A model generated the notes under the pieces. That model ran no database searches. It was not told the origin of the DNA and saw only the letters and a list, made by a program, of their open reading frames with translations. From an uncultured virus (IMG/VR IMGVR_UViG_2512564001_000011) (lineage: Duplodnaviria > Heunggongvirae > Uroviricota > Caudoviricetes), in IMG/VR virus record IMGVR_UViG_2512564001_000011: DNA of 20,000 nucleotides; one strand, given 5' to 3'. This document shows positions 1-9,057 of this stretch, piece by piece (position 1 is the first letter of the stretch; each line of letters opens with the position of its first letter). A program made the translations under genes and the position numbers.

Positions 1-1
1 A

Positions 2-199
2 GGCTTCAAAAAAATCATTATTCACCCGCGTTGCAAACACACAATTGAAGAAGCGCGGCTATATTCGTACAAAATTGACCGTAATACGGGTGATGTTCTG
101 CCTGTCATTGTTGATGCTCACAATCACTGTTGGGACGCAGTGCGTTATTCTTTGGACGGGTATATCAAAGGCTCAGTCTCTTTTCTGGATACGCTATAG
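2..199 (+). CDS. Phage terminase large subunit (PBSX/Terminase_3C-like), 3' end only
   Basis: Frame 2 translates [65 protein letters not shown], containing the DxxNHxxDAxRY nuclease motif. TAG at 197-199. Not in the ORF track. Confidence 0.85.
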   Translation, partial: GFKKIIIHPRCKHTIEEARLYSYKIDRNTGDVLPVIVDAHNHCWDAVRYSLDGYIKGSVSFLDTL

Positions 200-212
200 T
201 GTATCACTGGGA

Positions 213-318
213 GTACAAAAACATTCGTTTTCGTACATCCTACAAAACGCCTGTACAAAAATAGGTTAAATTAATTTCGTACATCCCGTATAATAAGTAC
301 ATCCATTTCGTACAGGAG
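213..318. promoter_or_regulatory. Serine-resolvase res-like site with promoter/RBS but no resolvase gene
   Basis: Repeated inverted half-sites GTACAAAA / TTTCGTAC (e.g. GTACAAAAAC-ATTC-GTTTTCGTAC at 213-236), TATAAT at 289-294 and AGGAG at 314-318, with no ATG following. Confidence 0.55.
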
Positions 319-320
319 AA

Positions 321-731
321 ATCAAGAGAAGGAAGCGCACTTAAATCGCTTAAAAAATAAGCTAAAATTTAACCTCTCAAATTGCTTCCAAATATCAGAC
401 AAAAAATAGCCAACAGGCTGAGTTGGCTAACGGTGTTGAGAGGAAATTTTTATATAACTTTTTTATTTCCAATATGTAATGAGCAAATCCATCATAAGCA
501 TTCTACGAAACTAAATTTGCCAAGAAGATCGCATCTTCGACAATTAACATCATCATCGCTGTCATATCGTGCCAATAGGCTTTGCAGGGATGCTACGCAT
601 GGGTTACGTGCAATATATCAATCTCTCACCGCTTTGCGGGCTTCGGCGATTTAACTATTAACATTCTCTGTCACTATTGCGTGTCGCCTTCCATGCCTGA
701 CGGCATCAAAAACCTAAAACCGCCTGTAATC
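321..731. repeat. Copy 1 of a non-coding direct repeat (dso remnant plus hairpin-rich putative single-strand origin)
   Basis: 344-430 matches 8222-8309 and 477-731 matches 8371-8625 with scattered mismatches. Hairpins include TAGCCAAC-N7-GTTGGCTA, GAAGAT-CGC-ATCTTC and ATGCC-TGAC-GGCAT. Confidence 0.85.
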
Positions 732-930
732 GATTTCTTAGTGACAGATGAAGATAAAAATTTAATATCAGCTAATATGAACAATAGTAATATTATTTGA
801 TAGCTGAAACAAAGAAAGCAGCAAAAAATGGATCTATCTGAAACAAGTAAGGATAATTAAGCATCATTGAAGCTCATCAGCATTTTTTATGATAAATTTA
901 TTAAATAAATTAGATGTATAGAGATATTGA

Positions 931-1467
931 ATGACTGAACAAAAACGCCCTATTTTGATAATCAAAGGTAAACGAGGTTCAAAGGTTTCAACGCTTGAAT
1001 CAGCAGTTAAACCTACTTTAAAACCAAACAATAAGGCTCCAATTGCGCCTAAAACTGAGAAGAAACAGAAGGCTAAAAAAGCATCTAAAACAGCAAAAGT
1101 AAAACAGGAGCCACCAAAGCCAATTACCAAGGAAGAAAAGGCTGCCAGACATGCAGCTAAACTTAAAGCTGCTGTTGATATATTAGTAACGTTGTTCCCT
1201 AAAGTTTTTAATTTTGAATCACCAAAACCGCTAAAGGTGGGTATAGGTAAAGACATTAGAAAAATGATATCTGAAAAGGGGCTAGATATTCCAAATAGTC
1301 AGATAAGTACGGGGTTGATGGCTTATACACAAACTGAGGCTTATCAGAAATCTTTAGTTGAATTTGGTTCTCGTTTTAACCTAGATGGTTTGGTTGATGG
1401 AGAAGTTACCGATAAACAAAGAGAAAGAGCTAAGAAAAAACTTAATGAATTACAGGCTTCAAAGTGA
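931..1467 (+). CDS. ProQ/FinO-domain RNA chaperone with a Lys-rich N-terminus
   Basis: FPKVF..PKPLKVGI, YT...Y...L, RFNLDG..GEVT motifs of the ProQ/FinO domain. Confidence 0.9.
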   Translation: MTEQKRPILIIKGKRGSKVSTLESAVKPTLKPNNKAPIAPKTEKKQKAKKASKTAKVKQEPPKPITKEEKAARHAAKLKAAVDILVTLFPKVFNFESPKPLKVGIGKDIRKMISEKGLDIPNSQISTGLMAYTQTEAYQKSLVEFGSRFNLDGLVDGEVTDKQRERAKKKLNELQASK

Positions 1468-1550
1468 TTCATAGGTTTATTTTTTAAGGCTTAATCCTTT
1501 TTTTAGATACAGTCATGTATTTTTATTATAATAACTTTTGGTGATTAAAT

Positions 1551-1805
1551 ATGATGAAATTTTTAACTTTTTTTATAATAGTCTATTTTTCTATTCCAAC
1601 TTTTGCTCAAAGATTACCATTTTCTCCTCATAAACCAAATAATAATTCCCATTTATCTAAAAATTGTCCTCCAAATCTTTATTATGATTATAGAAATAGG
1701 ATTTGCCACAACTTAGATTATTCAATTACAGCTATTCCGGCTGAATGTCCAGATGACTATCCTATAGATAATAGAAGTGGGCTTTTTTATCAGTGTAAGT
1801 CTTAA
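1551..1805 (+). CDS. Small putative secreted protein with four Cys
   Basis: Sec-type signal MMKFLTFFIIVYFSIPTFA-Q; GGTGA upstream; Cys pairs in CPPNLYYDYRNRIC and CPDDYPIDNRSGLFYQC. Confidence 0.6.
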   Translation: MMKFLTFFIIVYFSIPTFAQRLPFSPHKPNNNSHLSKNCPPNLYYDYRNRICHNLDYSITAIPAECPDDYPIDNRSGLFYQCKS

Positions 1806-2083
1806 TAATTTTATATATTTAAATGTAAAAATTTAATGTATAGATATTATTAATATAAAACCCTATTTTATTTTCATTTTTCGCGGTGATAAAAATTTGA
1901 CTAAACCAGTAGTCCTAAAAGCAGTATTGGTAACTTTTAATCCGCCCTTACTGCATTTCAAAAAATTACCGCGCATAAAAATGGGATTGACGTGTGGTGC
2001 CAGCGAGGTAGAGGACTTGTTATATTTTACTCCCCCTACCTATCTGATCCTAAAATTAATTTTAATGTGAATCCAAAATTATA

Positions 2084-2338
2084 CTACTCCGCCTTAAATC
2101 CAGGTTTTCCGTTTTTGGCGCGCCATTCTTTTATTTCTTTTATGATAGCATTAGCGCTACCGTCATTATTTTCTGGATAGTAAATTAAGTCTGAACCACT
2201 AGGATGCCCTGTAACACTAATAAAATGTTCCAAATAATCGTCCTGCATTTTCTCATCACCTTCACAATTAATTATTGCCTCTATTATTCTTTTAAATTCA
2301 GATTCAGTGTAATCACTAATACTATTTTTAAGTTTCAT
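2084..2338 (-). CDS. Colicin E DNase / S-pyocin immunity protein
   Basis: [15 protein letters not shown]...[11 protein letters not shown]...[14 protein letters not shown] has the Im2/7/8/9 family signature and lies directly downstream of the toxin. Confidence 0.95.
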   Translation of the reverse strand: MKLKNSISDYTESEFKRIIEAIINCEGDEKMQDDYLEHFISVTGHPSGSDLIYYPENNDGSANAIIKEIKEWRAKNGKPGFKAE

Positions 2339-2343
2339 TATAA

Positions 2344-4153
2344 TTAACCTCGATGAATATCAATATGTCGTTTAGGTGTAGTTACTCTAATATTATCAAT
2401 ATCGTATACTTCACCATCTTTACTAATCGGTTTATCGTGATGTAGTTCAAATGAACGCCTCCCTCCAATAGTATCTTTATTTCTAGCTCGCGGAGCTAAA
2501 CCTTGACTCATTCTTTTTTTATTGCTAGGAATAAATTGCTTACTTAGTTCAGGATCTTTAGATACTTCTTGCCAAAATTTATTCCTGAATTCATCAAAAC
2601 TATTAAACTTTTTACCTCGTAATTTATCCGCAATCTGACTAGGTATTGGCGCACCAAGTTCTTTCCCCGCTTCTTCAAGCCATTTATCACCGACTTTTTT
2701 TCCGCTGCCACTGACAATACCTGGCTGATTTCGTTTTTTTTCCTTTTCAAGTTTATCTTCTGCCGCTCTTTTTTTATCTTCTGCCTTTTTGCGGCTTTCT
2801 ATGAAAGGCTGTAATTTTTTCTTCTGCTGTTCTATTTTTTTATGTGCATCAAGTAAACGTTCACCTAATGTACTAGAGAAAGCCCCAATTAAGACAGGCC
2901 CATAAGAGGTGATTATTTTACTATTATTGGTTTCTCTTTTTACTATTTCAGTAACATAAGCCTTAATCCCTTTTTGCAGTAGAATATTAATCAATGACAT
3001 ATCTCTTACTGCAATTTCTTTGCCCGTACTTTTTCGTTGTTCAGGAGTTTGTTGATATATCAAGGGATATTTTGCTGGATTAGATAATGTTAATCCTTCG
3101 GGTGTTGCCTGTAATTTATTTAGCGCTGACAATTCAGTTTGGTATTGTTTATCAATAGCAATGAAAGATTTATTGGCTATATCAAATTCCAATTGGGCGG
3201 CTTCAATGGGATGCATTGATGTCCATTCCCTTATAGCTTCTTCAACTTGCTTCTTTTCTTCTTTTTGATTGGGTATTCGTGATACAGAAACATAAATTGG
3301 TTCATGTTTTCCATCAAAATGAACAAAAGCATGATAACTATCTTTGGTTGATGGAGATGAAAGATAGGGATTAATCGCTGGCGTTGAATTGACCTTGGCT
3401 GAATGCTTAACTTGATTTTTATCAGGATTAACTCGGATATGCATAGGCTTCATGCCAGGGATAATTTGTGCTGTATATACATTAGGCTTGCTTGTCTTTT
3501 CTGCTTTAATAACCGCGATATTTGAAGTTTTTTGTTGCTTTGTAATTGCCATTTCGTGTTTTTTGTTATTCATATTAATAGCAAGTTCTGATAATACCTT
3601 TGTGGGAGCTTCGGTTCTTTTTGTTATATCACTAAGGGGAATTTCACTTACAATACTCGCCGGTAAACTAGTTATTTTATATCCTTGTGTTTTATCAGCT
3701 ATACTGAATGCTCGAGAATTAGTTAACATTTCTTGTTCTTTTTTTTCTGACACAATTGTATCATTTGGATATAAAGCCCCAGCAATAACACCCCCCTAGA
3801 AGACTTCCTGCATAAGGTAATGCCTTACTTAAATAATTAATACCTTGTACCAAAGCTGAATCAATTGCTGTCCAATTAATAGTAAAACCCAATACACCAT
3901 TAACAGGATAAACAGTCATTGGGATTGCTACATAAGACATTGTTGTCATCGCTTCGGGAGTTTTACTTAAATCAAGATTGTGTCGTGAAGAGGAGTTATG
4001 CCCTCCTCCATCTCCTCTTCCCTCTGGACCAGTCCCTCGCCCACTGCTACTTCCTCCTCCCCAAGGACTATTTTCTGAACTCCATCCAGAATGGTCAGAA
4101 GCATTAACTCCACGTTTTTTTCTTGTTTTTTGACTGTCTTTTTTTTCGTCCAT
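2344..4153 (-). pseudogene. Colicin E-type HNH DNase bacteriocin split by a frameshift at a G6 run
   Basis: N-terminal ORF has the TolB-box-like DHSGWSSENSPW and a Gly-rich segment. C-terminal ORF has a cloacin-type translocation region and the HNH domain [29 protein letters not shown]. Removing one base from CCCCCC (3791-3796) fuses them into 602 codons. Confidence 0.88.
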
Positions 4154-4174
4154 GCTAGCCTCTTTTAATTAAAT

Positions 4175-4194
4175 AACTGTATATATATACAGTA
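4175..4194. promoter_or_regulatory. LexA (SOS) box upstream of the bacteriocin
   Basis: CTGTATATATATACAG at 4177-4192 is a perfect consensus core about 24 nt upstream of the ATG. Confidence 0.93.
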
Positions 4195-4448
4195 CTTTAT
4201 GTTTATTAATTGTTAATTTCAAGGCTGATAAAATAAAAAACCAGCCATTGATAAGCTGGTTTGAAGTTTTCCCTGGTGCTAGCATGAAGTGGAGGAAATT
4301 TTATAATTTTAAATTTGCATTATGATGTCTTGAGTGATTGATGGTAGTCAGTATTTATATTCTTCGTACTCTCTATTATGGAGATAGATATTCTTGTCAT
4401 AGTGTGTTAAGGCTCAAAGAATATTGAGCCTTTGAAGTGATTTACTCG

Positions 4449-4727
4449 TTAATTTTTCCGATACTCAACCTTGCATTTTTCCAGTACAAAAATAAACAAA
4501 GGCACTTGAAACATAGCAAGTAAGCTATTAAGTGAGTAAAAATCCAACTTAATTTTTATATCTTCCAAGGTCTGTTTTATTGCTGGATAGCTAACAGAAC
4601 GTAAATGAGCAATTTCCCCTTGAGATAATCCAAGACAAAATAGTATTGCTGTTTCAAATTGGGCTGGCGTTAGCTCTGGAAACACGTCATGTAGCTCAGC
4701 AACGTTAGTTAAATCGAACATTCTCAT
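4449..4727 (-). CDS. LuxR-like HTH transcriptional regulator (copy 1)
   Basis: FPELTPAQFETAILFCLGLSQGEIAHLRSVS..AIKQTLEDIKIKL resembles a LuxR C-terminal HTH; ATGA overlap with the upstream gene; conserved second copy. Confidence 0.75.
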   Translation of the reverse strand: MRMFDLTNVAELHDVFPELTPAQFETAILFCLGLSQGEIAHLRSVSYPAIKQTLEDIKIKLDFYSLNSLLAMFQVPLFIFVLEKCKVEYRKN

Positions 4728-4906
4728 GCTACGCCCTCCATCACTGGCTTCCGTCCAGCCCAGATAAGGCGATCGTTTTTGAATAGCACGTTGAATATAC
4801 GACGTTCATTGCGAGTGAATGCTACTTTGCTAGAAGGTGTATTGGAATTTCTAGGGATGATCCAGTAGATATCAATAAATTTTGAGCAAGATTGGATTGT
4901 AGCCAT
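4724..4906 (-). CDS. Icd-like (host cell division inhibitor / ash-region) small protein (copy 1)
   Basis: Lies directly after the C4 target site; RBS GAGG; ends LIWAGRKP; conserved second copy. Confidence 0.65.
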   Translation of the reverse strand: MATIQSCSKFIDIYWIIPRNSNTPSSKVAFTRNERRIFNVLFKNDRLIWAGRKPVMEGVA

Positions 4907-4959
4907 AATTGCGGCCTCTTTCGTAGTTTTTAAAACCTCGCTCCCGATGCTAAACGGGG

Positions 4960-5040
4960 TGGCGAGACGTAAGTAGGGTTAGCATACTGGCACGAAAGAA
5001 ACCAGCGAACCTTTTAGGTTCCCCTGCTACGCCTCGCCAT
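4960..5040 (-). ncRNA. C4-type antisense RNA (copy 1)
   Basis: Closing stem TGGCGAGGCGTAG / CTTACGTCTCGCCA with inner hairpins. Exposed CTTTCGT and ATGCTAA are complementary to ACGAAAG and TTAGCAT targets found both upstream (5101-5121) and downstream (4918-4953). Confidence 0.85.
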
Positions 5041-5072
5041 AATAAGGACGTAACTTCGGTTTATGACGAACA

Positions 5073-5182
5073 TAAAAAAACCGCATTAAGCGGTAGTCCG
5101 CTTTCGTACTCAGGATGCTAAACCTGACACTAGATTAAGCTAGTGTTTTTAAACTATAGCTAATGCTCTAATTCATAATCAA
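5073..5182 (-). promoter_or_regulatory. Promoter, c4 a1/b1 target leader and attenuator (copy 1)
   Basis: Minus strand reads TTGATT..TATAGT, CACTAG hairpin, TCAGG-TTTAGCAT-CCTGA, ACGAAAG, then ACCGC-TTAAT-GCGGT followed by a U-tract. Confidence 0.75.
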
Positions 5183-5195
5183 GATGTTTTTGTTA

Positions 5196-5423
5196 TTAAA
5201 TTTTATCTTCAAGTTTATCCAGTTCATAATCCGATAAACCTGTAGAGAGTTTTACAGTATTACGATCAACACCATTGTCTAAAAATTGTTTAGCAAGATT
5301 CAGAGTAGTTTCTTTTTTTTCTTTTTGTCTACCCTCTTGAATCCCTTCAATTTTACCTCGTTGTAATCCTTCTTGAATGCCTTCAACTTTGCCTTCTTGT
5401 CTCAATGCTTGAGCAATAGTCAT
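5196..5423 (-). CDS. Internally initiated RpnS antitoxin, 75 aa (copy 1)
   Basis: In-frame ATG (MTIAQ) preceded by AAGGAG-CACTT. Confidence 0.75.
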   Translation of the reverse strand: MTIAQALRQEGKVEGIQEGLQRGKIEGIQEGRQKEKKETTLNLAKQFLDNGVDRNTVKLSTGLSDYELDKLEDKI

Positions 5424-6152
5424 AAGTGCTCCTTCGTGTTTTTCTGATTGTTTGGCTATCTCGGTGATAAATTCCATTGGTTTTTGTGCATTCCCTTCTT
5501 GGATGAGATAGTTAAACATAGTGATAATCTGATTATCGGTATAATAATTATACGACAAGAGTTTAACAATACTATCCAGTAACTCAGTCATATCCCGTCT
5601 TCGAATGTGTTTTTGGAGTAACTCAAGCAATGCTATTCGCTTGTGTTGCATAATCTCGCCATCATCAAGCGTGGTGACATCAGCTAATTTAAAGGGATTG
5701 TTATAGATATTTTCTGCCAGCTTTCTATCTTCAAAGCAGTCAAGCCAATGAGTGCTATAGGGGTGAGGACTTTGTTCACCGCAGTAGAACAGGATAGGAA
5801 AAACTAACGGTAATTGCTTATTTCCCTGCTCTAGATGCTTGTGCATAGCAGACATACTATATCGCATTAATCGCCATGCAATGAGTTTATCAGGGGTGGA
5901 CTGATGCTCAATTAATACGTAGATATATCCACTTCCCTTTGTTGTGCTGACTGAATACAGAATATCACTCTGGTAATTTTTCATCTCACTATCGATAAAT
6001 GAGCCAGATTCCACTTTTAGGCTATCTAAGTTACACAGGGCTTTAATCTCATCTGGTAGCCAGATATCAAAGAAATCTTTTGCCGTCTCTTTTTCGCTTA
6101 AAAACTGTTTGAATATGGCATCATGGGGAGTGGGGGTAAATTTTTTAGTCAT
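5196..6152 (-). CDS. Rpn family recombination-promoting nuclease (YhgA-like, PD-(D/E)XK), copy 1
   Basis: TPHDAIFK, SDILYS, IEHQS and LLELLQKHIR motifs; C-terminal EG repeats. Confidence 0.95.
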   Translation of the reverse strand: MTKKFTPTPHDAIFKQFLSEKETAKDFFDIWLPDEIKALCNLDSLKVESGSFIDSEMKNYQSDILYSVSTTKGSGYIYVLIEHQSTPDKLIAWRLMRYSMSAMHKHLEQGNKQLPLVFPILFYCGEQSPHPYSTHWLDCFEDRKLAENIYNNPFKLADVTTLDDGEIMQHKRIALLELLQKHIRRRDMTELLDSIVKLLSYNYYTDNQIITMFNYLIQEGNAQKPMEFITEIAKQSEKHEGALMTIAQALRQEGKVEGIQEGLQRGKIEGIQEGRQKEKKETTLNLAKQFLDNGVDRNTVKLSTGLSDYELDKLEDKI

Positions 6153-6270
6153 TAAGGTTAATGCCTTGTGTTGCCTAACTATGAGTTTACGTTGTTATTT
6201 TTATAAATCCTAATGAAACGCTGTATTCTATATCATATGTTATTTTATTAATTTTAATTTGTTTTTATTG

Positions 6271-6314
6271 TTGATTTTATATTCAATTTACTTATACTGT
6301 TTATTTATACAGCT
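6271..6314 (+). promoter_or_regulatory. Second LexA box overlapping a sigma70-like promoter
   Basis: TACTGTTTATTTATACAG (core 6297-6312); TTGATT-N16-TATACT at 6271-6298. Confidence 0.7.
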
Positions 6315-6529
6315 CTTATGAATTATGTTAGTTTTACTATAGAACTATAGATAAGAATGAAAGCAGCCAAAAAGTAAGAAAAACTTTTAGTAATAATCAT
6401 AAAGGTGTACAAAAAAAACGATAAAATAACATTAATTTAGTTTAAAGTAATTTTTTATCTTTAATCATTGAAATTAAAACATATGATTAATATATTAAAA
6501 ATAATAATAAAAATGGAAAGGAAATAATT

Positions 6530-6781
6530 ATGTACGAAATTGATCTGTCGAAAAATGAAGGCGAAAATAAATCGGAAACTGGAATTATGTCAACAATGAA
6601 AGGTTCTACTGTTAATAATGAAGAAAGATTTATAAAATTTAAAGAACCAAATTTAAATATTAATATTAATGTTAATGTTGATGGTTCTTTTAGTGCAAAA
6701 GATTTAATCTCGATTGTTAAGGATTTTACAAATGAATATATTAAGAATATAAGTAAAATAACATCTTCAATAACAGAATAA
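6530..6781 (+). CDS. Hypothetical protein, very AT-rich
   Basis: 83-codon ORF with AAGGA RBS; no recognisable motif. Confidence 0.5.
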   Translation: MYEIDLSKNEGENKSETGIMSTMKGSTVNNEERFIKFKEPNLNININVNVDGSFSAKDLISIVKDFTNEYIKNISKITSSITE

Positions 6782-7033
6782 TAATAGATTTTTAAGTAAA
6801 GTTAATCAGAGTGAAAATTTTAAATTTTTGCAAGTAACTATTTTTACTCTGATATATTTTTCTCTTGATTTGATTTTTAATGAAATAAAATAACAACAAA
6901 AAATAAGAATCTAAAAGATTCCTTTTGGCATCTTAATAGAATCTTAATTATTTTGTAAATTTTTATCAATAAAACAAAAAATGAAAAATAGCATTTTCAA
7001 AATGCAAAATTTTAAGTTTTCAAAAATCCTTTT

Positions 7034-8062
7034 TTAACTCGCAAATCCGCTATCTCCCTTCCTAAATCGTCGATATTGCTTATCACTAGTCCGCCAGTTG
7101 AACGCCACTCTAACTTTAGCATCATCGTCAGAAGGTTCCGATTCTGCATCTACATGAATCAATGACTCATCGGTTTCTGGTTCAGTCGATTTAAATACAT
7201 GTTTGAGTGCTCCGCCGGATGCAATAAATTTCAGATAGTGAACCTAATTAAAATACTCCAACATCCATTCACGATTATTCACTAATGTCTCTGGTTTAAC
7301 GGAATAATTAAACGCCTTTAAGACTTCTACCGCTGCTTTATCCGGTGTTCCCTTCACTGCTCGAACATCAACAATCGGCAGGGTATCCAATTTCATGCAT
7401 TCACCCCAAATTTCTGACCAGCGAGATTGTTTTGTGTAATTATCTCCACGAAACCAAGAAGACGATACCATCAGAAGACAATGGAAATGAGGATGGGCAT
7501 AATTTTTACGTTTAGTTTCACAAGTTACTTCTGTTTTCCTAATCCAGCCCTTTACGGACTTAAACTCTTTACGTTTAACAAATCTATGCCAAGCTAGGTT
7601 CATTAATTTTAACTCATCCCTTAAGGAATCAATAGGAACATTAGGCACGGTTAAGGTCATAAATACCCAACGCGCTTTAGAATAATCATTAAGAATTTCA
7701 GGGAGTGATTTTTTAAACATAGCCATATGCCTCAATGATCTTCTTCCATCGCATACTGGACAGTGGCGACAGTGACAGAAATAAACCTCTATTAACTTTA
7801 TAAGAAATTCACCCGTCTCTTTATCAATATGGGGATAATATTTCAAAATATCAGCACAAGAGCTTATTCTTGTTGACCATTTATCGAAATCAGTTCCTAA
7901 TAAGACCTCAGAAAGTAATTCACTTGCAGCTTTCATTTTATCAAATTTAGCATCTTTTGGACTCATTTCTGAAAGTGATATATCATTAGATATGTCTTTA
8001 GTATTTACAGAATTAAGCGGTTCGCATATGCTATACGAACTTCCGACAATGAAGTTAGACAT
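7034..8062 (-). pseudogene. Rolling-circle initiator (Rep_1, pC194/pUB110 family) with one in-frame TAG
   Basis: FC..RHCPVC, FMTLTVPN, HPHFH (HUH) and YSVKP (catalytic Tyr) motifs. After TAG at 7244-7246 the frame continues VHYLKFIASGGALKHVF...FNW...KQYRR to TAA at 7034-7036 (342 codons in total). Confidence 0.88.
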
Positions 8063-8067
8063 TTAAA

Positions 8068-8129
8068 AAGCCTTGTTTGATTTGAGATTAAGCACCTACA
8101 AATCTACAAGGCTTCTTTATACTTGTCAA
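8068..8129. promoter_or_regulatory. rep promoter and leader hairpin (probable antisense copy-control region)
   Basis: Minus-strand TTGACA-N17-TAGATT; stem AAGCCTTGT..GATTTG / CAAATC.ACAAGGCTT at 8068-8114. Confidence 0.55.
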
Positions 8130-8194
8130 ATGTTAACTAAAGCCAGTAACCACAAGGGTTAAACAACTAAATTCCATCCGCCAATACGTTTCTA

Positions 8195-8213
8195 TATTAT
8201 CAAGTAAAGAAGA
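8195..8213 (-). other. Double-strand origin (nick site) of pC194 type
   Basis: Minus strand TCTTCTTTACTTGATAATA contains the family core CTTG^ATA, just upstream of rep. Confidence 0.8.
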
Positions 8214-8221
8214 GACTCCTG

Positions 8222-8625
8222 AATCGCTTAAAAAATAAGCGAAAATCTAACCTCTCAAATCGCTTCCAAATTTCAGGCAAAAATATAGCCAACGGGCTGA
8301 GTTGGCTAAATAATGTGATGGAATTTTTATTTTTAATTTTATGTAGCGTTCTTATTGGCAATAAGAACATTAATGAGCAAATCCATCATAAGCATTCTAC
8401 GAAACGAAATTTGCCTAGAAGATCGCATCTTCGACAATTAACATCAGACTCGCTGTCATATCGTGCCAATAGGCTTTGCAGGGATGCTACGCATGGGTTA
8501 CGTGAAATATATCAATCCCTCACCGCTTCGCGGGCTTCGGCGATTTGATTATCGAAGTTTTCTGTTACGACTGAGTGTCGCCTTCCATGCCTGACGGCAT
8601 CAAAAATCTAAAATCGCCTGTAATC
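8222..8625. repeat. Copy 2 of the non-coding direct repeat (putative sso region)
   Basis: Matches 344-430 and 477-731. Confidence 0.85.
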
Positions 8626-8778
8626 AATTATAAGCCTATCAAATTAAAAATCGCTACCCATTGAGTTGCCTATATCAAGAAAACGCCGTAGAGAGCGTTA
8701 CAGGTAGCTTAAAATTGATTTTTTGCCGTAGCATGTTAAGACTCAACAAATATTGAACCTTTAAAGTGATTTAATTTT

Positions 8779-9057
8779 TTAATTTTTTCGATACTCAACC
8801 TTGCATTTTTCTAATACGAAAATAAACAAACGCACTTGAAACATGGCAAGCAAGTTATTGAGTGAGTAAAAATTTAACTTAACTTTAATATCTTCAAGTG
8901 TTTGATTAATTGCTGGATAACTCACAGAGCGTAGATGAGCAATCTCCCCTTGAGATAGTCCAAGACAGAACAATATTGCTGTTTCAAATTGAGCTGGCGT
9001 TAGCTCTGGAAACACGTCATGTAATTCAGCAACGTTAGTTAAATCAAACATTCTCAT
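8779..9057 (-). CDS. LuxR-like HTH transcriptional regulator (copy 2)
   Basis: Nearly identical protein to 4449-4727. Confidence 0.75.
   Translation of the reverse strand: MRMFDLTNVAELHDVFPELTPAQFETAILFCLGLSQGEIAHLRSVSYPAINQTLEDIKVKLNFYSLNNLLAMFQVRLFIFVLEKCKVEYRKN

Larger units (their letters stand above)
4405..6178 (-). repeat. Copy 1 of the rpn / C4 / Icd-like / HTH cassette
   Basis: Colinear with and highly similar to 8734-10503. Confidence 0.9.
323..8200 (-). mobile_element. Integrated rolling-circle (pC194/Rep_1 family) plasmid-like element, about 7.9 kb, bounded by nick-site sequences
   Basis: Rep_1 gene, dso at ~8200, a second dso half-site at ~322 and duplicated flanking non-coding DNA. 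Confidence 0.7.

Noticed and set aside
45..269. 74-aa ORF
   Set aside because: Out-of-frame overlap with the terminase C-terminus and the res-like site.
407..429. Palindrome TAGCCAAC-N7-GTTGGCTA resembling the phage iterons (possible satellite use of O)
   Set aside because: The spacing is different and the match is short; it is more simply a hairpin, and linkage across the N gap is unproven.
382..800. ORFs 382-654 and 582-800, and the similar ORF 8315-8548
   Set aside because: They lie in the hairpin-rich repeat; their starts are not conserved between copies and there is no RBS, so the similarity is explained by non-coding conservation.
1880..2020. CGCGGT..ACCGCG inverted repeat and a GGCACCA end suggesting a tRNA remnant or attachment site
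   Set aside because: No T-loop or cloverleaf can be built; no lysis gene was found here either.
864..4107. Antisense or alternate-frame ORFs 864-1256, 1992-2180, 2544-2750, 3452-3799 and 3919-4107
   Set aside because: Shadows of proQ, the immunity gene and the bacteriocin.
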